Below, one piece after another: positions 13,470 through 22,224 of a stretch of DNA of 64,000 bases (position 1 is its first letter; each line of letters starts with the position of its first letter). The notes under the pieces are model-generated. The model was not told the origin of the DNA and searched no databases. It saw only the letters and a program-made list of their open reading frames with translations. Source of the DNA: Felis catus (taxonomy: Eukaryota); NCBI RefSeq assembly GCF_018350175.1, contig NC_058368.1:199332001-199396000 (forward strand), in the 5' to 3' direction. The translations under genes were made by a program, and so were the position numbers.

Positions 13470-14570
13470 ATTGGCTTTTTAAAATTTTTTTATTTTTTCA
13501 CTCATCATTTATTTACAAATACACATTATAACTTTTATATACATTGCACATTTACATGGTAGAAAAGTACAAAACTATATATTTAAATGAATTTATATTT
13601 AACTTGCCATGTTTGAAAATATAAAATTGCATCAGAAAAAAGTATTATGAAAAGCAAGAAACTTGAACTGATAAAGCTTTGATATAACTTTTAGCGACAC
13701 GTTGTTTGAAAAGGAACTAATTTAAAAGGTACAGCAGAGTAGCTTACAGGAAACACCTAACAAAAGGTTGAATGTATATAGCATTCCCTTCCTTCAGTCT
13801 CCGGATACCCATATCAATTTCTTTGGATTTGTAACATCTTAAAAGTACATTATTAGAATTCTAACATTTCTATCACCCCTTCTCTCCCAAATCATGACAA
13901 GAGAACTGAACTAGGAGTTTCCTCAAAGATGTATCCTCTGTACCTTCTATTTGAGTCAGTTATAATGCCTTTTGGTCAGTCAAGATTCCTTGTAAACAAA
14001 ACCCGAGGGATCATGTATGTACAGAACAGGCAGCAGAGAATCCAATAAATAAAAAACATGACAGAAACTGACATGCAAGTTTGTTAAAGTGGAAAAGAGT
14101 CTAACAACAGTGAGATGAAGGGAGACAGATGAGTGAGTGAATAGTAAGGAATGGACTTAAATGGTTTACAAGGAAAAAAAAAAAAGCTTTTACTTTACAA
14201 GCAAGAGACCTCACAATAAATAACAACTGCTCTTCCTTTCACGAATAAATTTCTTCAAAAACAAGGTGTACAGTCAACCAGACATTTTATGTATAAATTA
14301 TAAAACATGACACAGTATAAATAAATGTCTACAAGTCTCAACTATGGGCCTCATCCAGTAGACCTCACAATGACTGCCTCTCCGTGTCCAATGAGTAACA
14401 AGGTGGCCTGGGAGAGAGCTCTAGGACAAACGTCCTTTATGTATAGTTTTCCCCCCAAATAAATAAGCATACACTTATTTACAGTATGGACAATATATTT
14501 TTTCTTTTCTTTTCTTTTTTCTTTTTTTTTTTTTTTTTTTTTATATCAACACTGAACATTGGTGGAGGGT
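13470..14570 (-). other. FST: FST 3' UTR (AU-rich, repeat-free)
   Basis: Follows the TAA; contains an A-rich tract, ATTTA motifs and UGUAHAUA motifs; ends near two AATAAA signals. 3' end is approximate. Confidence 0.75.
13489..13513 (-). terminator. FST: Two candidate polyadenylation signals (AATAAA)
   Basis: + strand tttatt at 13508-13513 and 13489-13494, read as AATAAA on the minus strand at the end of the AU-rich UTR. Confidence 0.65.
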
Positions 14571-14653
14571 TTACCACTCTAGAATGGAAGATATAGGAAA
14601 GCTGTAGTCCTGGTCTTCATCTTCCTCTTCCTCCTCGGTGTCTTCCGAAATGG
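14571..14653 (-). CDS. FST: Follistatin exon 6 coding part (acidic C-terminal tail, FST344/FS315 isoform)
   Basis: Acceptor catctag|; encodes [27 protein letters not shown] then TAA (14571-14573). Exon sum 85+192+219+225+231+83 = 1035 nt = 344 aa plus stop. Missed by the ORF track. Confidence 0.97.
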
Positions 14654-14916
14654 CTAGATGGGGGAATACAGGGGAGCTGTTGTTTAAATATGGACAACAA
14701 CAGCGCAGAAGCAGCTCAGTGTATGTTTTCAAAGCCCTCTGAGACAGCCATATTACAGCGTTGCATTTTTATGTGACTTGCAGTGAGATGCTTTGTTTTT
14801 GGCATCTGCTGTTATGCAATAAGTTTAAAAAACATTTTTTTTTAAACATTATCTATGAAGTCAAAAACTGCAGAAAGTTCTGAAGAATCAATGGCTCAGG
14901 TTTTACGGGCAGATTC
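14654..14916 (-). other. FST: Alternative 5' extension of the last exon (upstream acceptor giving FST317/FS288)
   Basis: tttcag|GAATCTGCCC at 14917/14916. Exon 5 ends in T, so splicing creates T|GA stop right after ...GSCN. Lies 263 nt upstream of the FS315 acceptor, as in the known FST alternative splicing. Confidence 0.92.
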
Positions 14917-15274
14917 CTGAAATTAGATAAAAAGCGCTCGTGTTCTAGGTATAACTGCTTTGGGTCCTTAATTCAGAGTTAGTAGAGGCAACTGCGCAAA
15001 GCAGCAGCCCACGTGTGATAATATACAGCTGTCTTTGAAAAAGAAAAAAAAAAACAAAAAACTTTTGAAGCAGTTAGTTTAGATTCAAGTGTTAATAAAG
15101 CAAACGGCCAAGCACATTACTACAGCAAAAGAATTAAGGGCAAATGACTAGAGCTAGGTTTTTAGAGGCAAGCCCGTTGATGATCATTGGACAAGTCCTA
15201 ACGCCGGGAAACATTCCAGGGAATTTTTCTGTGGACCACTGGATTGTTGGTGAAATTTAGCAGCTACCTAATTA

Positions 15275-15486
15275 AAATTTTTTTTTAACGTTTATTTTTG
15301 AGAGACAGAGACAGAGTGTGAGCGGGGGAGGGGCAGAGAGTGAAGGAGACACAGATTCGGAAGCAGGCTCCAGGCTCTGAGCTGTTAGAGCCCCATGCAG
15401 GGCTCGAACCCACGAACCCACGAGCTGTGAGATCATGACCTGAGCCAAAGTCAGTCTCTTAACCGACTGAGCCACCCAGGTGCCCC
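15275..15486 (-). mobile_element. Felid-type SINE in FST intron 5 (same sense as FST)
   Basis: TSD tagcagctacc(t/c)aatt on both sides; internal duplication cgaaccca. Confidence 0.92.
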
Positions 15487-15613
15487 TAGCAGCTACCCAA
15501 TTTAAACAGAAATGGGCTTATATTGGAAGGTTTTCGTGCTTTTGAGGTCTCCGTTCCCTAGGGCTTGCCTGGGAAGGCCTCACATTGCAGCGAAGGTTAG
15601 AAACTGTACTTAC

Positions 15614-15844
15614 AGTTGCAAGATCCGGAGTGCTTGACTTCCAGCAGCACACCTGAGGAACAGGCAGCCTCCTTCATGGCACACTCACTGGCGTAAGTGG
15701 CATTGTCACTGGCACAGACAGGCTCCTCGGACTTACTCTCGGGGCACAGCTCATCGCAGAGGGAACACCGGCCTCTGCCAACCTTGAAATCCCATAAACA
15801 CTTTTTTCCACCAGTGCACTGGATATCTTCACAGGACTTTGCTT
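15614..15844 (-). CDS. FST: Follistatin exon 5 (FS domain 3)
   Basis: Acceptor tcctag|, donor |gtaagt; 231 nt; [27 protein letters not shown]...KHSGSCN. Confidence 0.98.
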
Positions 15845-16508
15845 CTAGGATATAATACACCTGTGATGAGTAAATTGCTTTCCCTCCTCTCCCTGTTTTT
15901 CCCTTTCGTTAGTCCTCTGTCAGTAAAGACAAACATATAGCTTATGATTTACTAACAGGATAATGGAGATCTCATGCAAAAATGCTTGATAATAAAACTG
16001 AAACTTAAACACACGGTCCCTACACTCCCTACTAGTACACAAAAATAGTATTTTGGGGGAACAGGTTATCACAGTATCCTGGAATTAAATAAGGATTTCA
16101 TTATTTCCCTCAAGTGAAATCTTTTGAAAAATAAAGAATTCCATCAGTATTAGAATCTGATAACAGATTTTCAGTAACTGTTAAGCAATTATTTCTTGCT
16201 TACAGCAAGTCTAGCACCTAAAAAATGTGTAAAATTGAGTGAATTCTAAGTTTTCCAAGACAGAAAGTCGTTTCCCATTTCTTGCTGGCATTTCAACATA
16301 TATGCCAATGCTTCCAGAAGATAACTGTTTCCTTGAGGAATGCTGTGGTTACCACAGTTTACCCAAACTGGAGACTAGTTCCCCCTTTGGTGAAACTATG
16401 CATTATGGGGCGAATTTAGGCTTATTTGATTGACCTCACAGCTTTACCAGTAGAACTAGCCTTTCTGACCATGTTTCCACTTTTCCTTCCTTAATCCAGA
16501 ATACCTAC

Positions 16509-16733
16509 TGATACACTTTCCCTCATAGGCTAATCCAATCGATCTGCCCAGTAGGCAGGTAGCCTTCCTCAGGTGACAGGCACTGGAATAGGTCACACCA
16601 TCATTCCCACAGAGATACTGTTCAGAGGAGGTGGGCTCTGGGCAAATCCGGTTACACGTCACACAGTAAGCATTGTTAGTCTGGTCCACCACGCATGTGG
16701 AGCTGCCTGGACAGAAGACATCCCGACATGTCT
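16509..16733 (-). CDS. FST: Follistatin exon 4 (FS domain 2)
   Basis: Acceptor tttcag|, donor |gtaggt; 225 nt; [27 protein letters not shown]...LAYEGKCI. Confidence 0.98.
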
Positions 16734-17067
16734 CTGAAATAAAGAAGGAAAGAAATACACATTAATAATAGGCACTTCCTGGCTGTTCGGGAGTGAGCAT
16801 TTGATATTATCAAGGAAATCATAAAAGGAAGCACCCAGCTTTTCAACAAGCACTTTGGGAACCCAGTGGTTTCAAGAGAAAATCTATGACCCTAGGTTGG
16901 TCCCATCTGAGTTCTTAAGAAGTCTTCAGAACATTAAAAAAGTCTGCTTTGTTTTGCATCATCATCATTATTAGGCTCTTAGGGTGGACAATACCACACC
17001 CCAGGGGTCTTCCAGTGGGACCACCTCAGGTGGAAAGCTGGAGGGGGGGGAACCAGGGAGGACCTAC

Positions 17068-17286
17068 TTTTACATTTGCCCTGGTACTGGACTTCCAGTT
17101 CCGGCTGCTCTTTACATCTGGCCTTGAGGAGTGCACATTCGTTGCGGTAGGTTTTCCCATCCAGCCCGCAGACTGGCCCCTTCCAGGTGATGTTGGAACA
17201 GTCTGGGGCACAGACGCAGCGGGGTTTGTTCTTCTTGTTCATTCGGCACTTTTTCCCGGGTCCACAGTCCACGTTCTCACATGTTT
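17068..17286 (-). CDS. FST: Follistatin exon 3 (FS domain 1 with heparin-binding motif [12 protein letters not shown])
   Basis: Acceptor cccttag|, donor |gtaggt; 219 nt; [30 protein letters not shown]...QYQGKCK. Confidence 0.98.
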
Positions 17287-17718
17287 CTAAGGGTTGGAAA
17301 GAGGGATGGATCAAAGCCAGGGCCAGGCAGTATGCAAGTCAGCCAGGAGGGCTGTGGAGGCCTTGCAGGACCCACCCTGTGGCCAAGAGTTCCCGCCAGA
17401 GGGGCCCAGCTTTCTCCTAGTAGTTGAGGAGGGGGTGGGGATGGGGGTGGGGTCAGTGGTCGGCACCCTATACTCAAATCTCTCTCAAAGAGTGCGAGTT
17501 GGTTGACTCCACCACCACACTTGGCCAGTTAAGTCCAGGAACCTCTGGCAACCATGTTTTGCCGGCAGTGTGTACCAGGCAAGATTCAACCCGAAAGTCT
17601 TCCTGGGACTGCGGGAAGATAGAGGGAACCCACGAACGCACCCCAGCTGGGCAACGGGGAAGGTGAGGATAAGACGCCCTCTACTGAGGGCCTGGAAACT
17701 GGGGAGGAAGAGTCCTAC

Positions 17719-17910
17719 CTTTACAGGGGATGCAGTTGGGGGCGCCCCCGTTGAAAATCATCCACTTGAAGAGCGTGTTGTCATTTACATCCTCCTCGGT
17801 CCACGAGGTGCTCAGGCGGCCGGTGCTGCAGCACTCCTCCTTGCTCAGTTCGGTCTTGTACAGGACCTGGCAGCGGCCGTTCTTCGCTTGGCGGAGCCAG
17901 CAATTCCCAG
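17719..17910 (-). CDS. FST: Follistatin exon 2 (N-terminal TB-like domain)
   Basis: Acceptor ctcctcgcag|, donor |gtagga; 192 nt; (A)[30 protein letters not shown]...APNCIPCK. Confidence 0.98.
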
Positions 17911-18180
17911 CTGCGAGGAGACAGGGGTGGGGAGGTGGGTGAGCGAGAGGAGAGGCGGAGTAGGGGGAGGGAGGGGGCGAGGTGGCGAGCTTGCGAGGGA
18001 AGGAGGAGACCCAGCGGGGATGGGGCGGGAGTGACTGTGGAGGAGTAGAGAGACATGGGAGAGAAAAGCAGAAAATAAATGGAAGGGAGTGAAGGGGTGG
18101 GGAAAGGGGGGCGGGGGAGACGGTTGAAGAGGTGGGAGGTGGGTGAGGGGGAAGGAGAGCGAGAAGCCAGAGCGCCCCAG

Positions 18181-18260
18181 CCATATCAATGTCAGTTACC
18201 AGTGACCCAGACACAACACGTGCAGCTTGCATTGACTTTTACTAGACTGTTTACTTTTAT
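18181..18260 (-). promoter_or_regulatory. FST: Intron-1 activin-responsive enhancer-like block (SMAD box plus forkhead sites)
   Basis: GTCTG (18208-18212), ACATTGAT (18185-18192), CACGTG (18217-18222), and AGAC directly next to TGTTTAC (18244-18254). Position (about 1.65 kb downstream of the ATG) fits the SMAD3/FOXL2 intron-1 enhancer described for rodent Fst (from memory, not aligned). Confidence 0.65.
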
Positions 18261-18489
18261 TCGTCCCATTTCATAACCTGCAGCGACTCGAAGAGCAGAT
18301 TAAAGAACCTGACAAAAACAGGATGCGACGGATGTTTTTACATGTTGGTTTCATGTAGGCGGTACGAGTATTATTTGTGACAGAGGTTAAGAGAGTAGGA
18401 GAACTTGAGAGAGGGAGAGACCGACACAGACACACACAACAGGAACAGATCAAGCAAAAGGCACTTGTGAAAAATGAAAGCAAAAAAGC

Positions 18490-18730
18490 AGCCGGGCCCT
18501 GCCCGGAGCTGCCCCGCGCGGCCTCGAGGCGCAGCCCGCCCGCCCGGCCCGTTTTGCAATCCGCCAGACCCAGAGGACGCCCGCGGCCACCGCGGTCTTT
18601 CGAAATCTCCGAGGGCAGCTTTCCTCGGCGCCCACGTCCGCGGCACCCAGGCAGCGCCTCGCCCCGAAAGGTGAGGGCGGCGAGGGGGCAGTGCCCAGGG
18701 GGACAGCTCACAACACACTCAAAACGGTAA
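18490..18730. promoter_or_regulatory. Small intronic CpG island in FST intron 1
   Basis: Dense CpG/GC stretch, separated from the main island by AT-rich sequence. Confidence 0.6.
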
Positions 18731-19773
18731 CGCTAAAGAAGGAAAGTTACACGTCTGTCTCCAGAAAAGTGTAGAGGAAAAAAGAACAGGGCAGGGGGCG
18801 CTTCCTACTATTTCACGGCAACATATACCTAGCTCATACCTACCGAGAGAAATCTTTGCAAGTACTTTCCCCTCCCCCCCCCTCCCCCGCCTTCCCAGGT
18901 TCGCGTTTGGGTCAGGAAGTCTTCTTAGGAACCATCAATACAATTTGAACAATCATTGGACCGCAAGCTGCTATTATTATTATTTTTAAAAATTGTGTCC
19001 GAAGACTCACTGAAATAAATTTGATTAAAAAAAAAAAACCCAAACTTTAGAAATTTGCTCTTAATGCATCTCAGAAATTAAAGAAGTTGTGAGGTCCTTC
19101 CTCGCTGTTCTCCATAAAGTTAGTCGGAGGAATGAGGCACAGAGAAAAAAAAAAATTGTGAACTACTCAAAACACTCCGGGGTAAATTTTTTTTTTTTTT
19201 TTTTTTTTGCGGGGTTGGGGGGAAGGGGTTGGAAGAAGCATCCACTAGGCAGAAAACTACTTCCCTCTAAAATTTTCAGCACCCACATCTCCAAGTTTGG
19301 GCAAAGTTGCTGAAACCACGTCCCCCGGCCACTGAAGAAATTTCAGTATCTACCCCCATCCCCCAGTCATTTTTTAAAGTATCCAAAAGATGTGGGAGGG
19401 AAAGAGGTTACAGTGCAAATGGATCGACTGAAATCTCCAGGCTACTGATGCCTGTCCCCTTCTTCAGAGCCAAAATAGGGGAGATAACATCTAAACTCAT
19501 TCTGTCCAGAACTTGGAGCATCTAACCCTAACTACTGAGAGAGGCTCCAGCTTACTCCCTTTTCCTTTTAAAGGATAACCGCGCTTCCAACTCGGCTGGC
19601 AGTCCGAAAGTGTCACTGCCTTCAGTTTTCCCACTCCACTCCATCCCGGAGTCGCTAAGTTGGTCCAAAATCTTCCGAGAGCAGCGTTGCTTAGAACAGA
19701 CCCGGTGCAGACGACAGTAAAGTACAAACCCCTGCCCGCAGCCGAGCCTCCCAGCGCATCCCCCCTCGCTTAC

Positions 19774-19858
19774 CCTGGGCGCTGCGGTCCTCCATGAACT
19801 GGCAGAGCAGCAGCAGCAGGAGGCACAGCCCGCCGGGCTGGTGCCTGGGACCGACCAT
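19774..19858 (-). CDS. FST: Follistatin coding exon 1 (signal peptide)
   Basis: ATG at 19858 in strong Kozak context (cccacgATGG). Encodes [28 protein letters not shown] plus 1 nt; 85 nt; donor G|GTAAG. Confidence 0.97.
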
Positions 19859-20017
19859 CGTGGGGGCAGACGCGGGGCGAGGAGTGCGGCGGCGCGGGGA
19901 GCGGGCGCGGCGGCGGGTGGCTCGGGCGAGCGGCGCGCGTCGCAAAGGCGAGCGGCGGAGGGCGCAGCGATCCCGGCGCAGCCCCGCGCTCGCCGCCGGC
20001 CGCCCGCGCGATTCAAT

Positions 20018-20245
20018 GGACGTCAGAAGCCGGGCGCAGCCGCGCTTTAAATCTAGACGGGGGTCTCCGCGGTTTGCGGTGGGCGGTCTCCCAGTGTGTG
20101 GGGCAGTGGGAGGGCGGCCGCGAGCAAGGGTGTGCGCGGCTCCTTGGGGGTGGGGAGCTTTTAAAAGTTCAGTGTGAATCAGGTGACATTTCCCACCTTC
20201 TGGAAACCCTTCCCAATTATCTGTTGGAGGTGCCCGAAATCAAAG
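20018..20245 (-). promoter_or_regulatory. FST: FST proximal promoter motifs
   Basis: CRE-like TGACGTCC (20018-20025), TATA-like GATTTAAA (20046-20053) and TTTTAAAA (20159-20166), AP-1-like TGATTCA (20175-20181), TCF/LEF CTTTGAT (20239-20245). FST is an established Wnt/TCF- and cAMP/AP-1-responsive gene. Confidence 0.7.
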
Positions 20246-20418
20246 CGGCAGGAGGGGAATCGCCGAGTTCTTATTTGCGTAGGAGGGAGAGGGAGGGGGA
20301 AGGCGGCCGGGCGGGGGGTGGGGGCGACGCTTCGGGGGTGGGGAGTGGGGAAGAACACCCACTTCAAGTCCTGCACGCCGCCGCTCGCAGGCAACGCCGG
20401 CGCGTCCGGGGTGGCGTG

Positions 20419-20450
20419 TCTGTGTGAGTGTGAGTGTGTGAGAGTGTGTG

Positions 20451-20501
<51 letters not shown>
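20419..20501. repeat. (TG)n/(CA)n microsatellite in the FST 5' flank
   Basis: Interrupted then pure TG run. Confidence 0.95.
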
Positions 20502-20504
<3 letters not shown>

Positions 20505-20528
20505 CAGGGGGGCGCGGTGGGGGCGCTG

Positions 20529-20560
20529 GAGGAGGAGGCGGCGGCGGCGGCGGCGGCGGG
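20529..20560. repeat. (GGA)n(GGC)n trinucleotide repeat
   Basis: ggaggaggaggcggcggcggcggcggcggcgg. Confidence 0.9.
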
Positions 20561-21099
20561 CGGAGCGGAGCTGTGGTGGTGGTGGGGGGGAACCCGGGAG
20601 TTTGTCTCTCCTCCCGCTCCTCCGCTCCAGAAAGACTTTGCAAACGCCCAGAGAGCCCGGAGCTGCTGAAATACCCGGGTGGCGGCCGGGTCGGATCGCG
20701 CTGGCCCCGCCGCTCCGCCGGGGCGCGCGGCAGTTTTAGGCCCCCGCAGCCTGGGCGCGGGACCGGCGAGGTTTTGTGTCTGGGTCTGTGCGTGCTTGAC
20801 TGTGCGGCCACCCCCCGTCCGGAGTTGGGGCTAAGAACCCCAGCGCCGGCGCCTTCCACCTTGGCTGAGCGGGGCCGAGACGCGGCCCTCGGTCTCGACG
20901 AGTCACAAGCAAACAAAAATGTTTAACACCTCGGGCCCGGCCTCCCCCCCCCCCCCGTCACAGTCTCGCCCTCTCCCTTTCTTTTCTCCCCTTTCACTTC
21001 GCGGCGTCTGGAGTCGGAGCCTGGAGCGGGGGCGCCGACGTAGGCGGTCTGCCCCCCCTCCCCGGCTCGGAGACTCCCCAGTTTCTGTCCTGTGTGCCT

Positions 21100-21185
21100 G
21101 TCTGTCTCTCTCAGTCTCCTTCTCAGCTCGCTCGCTCTCCCTCTCTCTCTCTCCCTCTCTCTGTCTCTCTCTCTCTGTCTCTCTC
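21100..21185. repeat. Imperfect (CT)n tract
   Basis: Directly visible. Confidence 0.85.
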
Positions 21186-22206
21186 GGTTCGCGGAATAAA
21201 AAAGATTGCAACATCGATAATGAACTTCTGTAGCCTCAGTTTATTAAGCACAGTGCCTGGCATTCTTCGCTGAAAGTTGGCGGGTCTCTCATTTATAACA
21301 TTTTTGGCACTGCTGAATGAAACTGAGGAGGCGATATTTCCTTTTATATAAAACGATTACTTCACGGAAAATGCTATATTGTTTATTCCAAAGCTGCCTT
21401 TTAAATTTCCATTCTTTTCGCTTCTGGAGCCCGAAGGACAACAGACAGCGAAGTATGCAGACAAAATTCTTGGACATTCGCAGGTCACTGGGATTTGTTC
21501 TTCCACGGATTTCAAATCCGCCCCTCTTCGCCCTCCCTCAAGCCTCCCCCCGCCAGACTGCCCCCCCATTCCTGCTTTCGCCCTCCCCCCACCTAACATC
21601 ACCCCCCCCTTTCCACAACTGCAAATAACTCAGTGATAACAGATTTTTTTCCACCAACTGCAGGAGATAGTGCTAATCTTTTAATAAAAGATCCCATTAC
21701 AATGGGATCTGTCTGGACAGACTATAATAGATCCCGAAATACAGCCGTGCTAATATTAGAAGACAGTTGTTTGGGTGCCTCTCAGACGGGCCCAAGCCCC
21801 CCTTTGAAAGTGGGCATGAATCACAAAGCCCCGCGGCCGCCGCACCTGCACCGCGCGCATTCGGTGCAGCAGGCTGGTAAAAACGGGTGACCTCGCCGCT
21901 GCTTTTCGCTTTATAATTACCGTCCTGAGGACGGGAGAGGAGGGGTGCGGGCGGTCTGGGAGTGGGGGGCTGGCTTTCTGCTGACTTCAGACGGCTCTGG
22001 GGTCTCCACATCCTTCTTAATATTTCCAGATTTATTCTTTCTCTCTCTCTCTCTCCTCCCTCTTCTCTTTCCCTCCCGTCCGCCCACTCCTTCTCTTTTC
22101 TCTTTCCCTCCCTCGTCCCCGAGTCTGCTCAAACTCCCCCCTCCCCTCTTTCTTTCCCGTCTTCCTTTCTTTCTTCCCTCCAACGCAGCATTAATGTAGA
22201 GTTGTT

Positions 22207-22224
22207 TAGTGCCCTCTAATGGCA
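22207..22224 (-). promoter_or_regulatory. CTCF-like motif
   Basis: Minus strand TGCCATTAGAGGGCACTA, close to the CTCF core CCAC(C/T)AG(A/G)GGGC(A/G)C. Confidence 0.5.

Larger units (their letters stand above)
19700..21200. promoter_or_regulatory. FST: CpG island covering the FST promoter and exon 1
   Basis: Very high GC and CpG density compared with the CpG-depleted flanks. Confidence 0.92.

Noticed and set aside
17392..17407. CTCF-like CCGCCAGAGGGGCCC in FST intron 2
   Set aside because: Mismatch at a core position in GC-rich context; weaker than the two motifs reported.
16949..18730. Many + strand and alternate-frame ORFs overlapping FST exons 2-3 and intron 1
   Set aside because: Shadow ORFs of GC-rich FST sequence; only the spliced minus-strand frame gives a known protein.
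20174..20926. Long ORFs on both strands (250 aa +, 245 aa -) in the promoter
   Set aside because: They translate microsatellites and GC-rich island DNA (VCVCVC, GGGGG, PPPP, HTHT); stop-poor by composition, with no recognisable domain.
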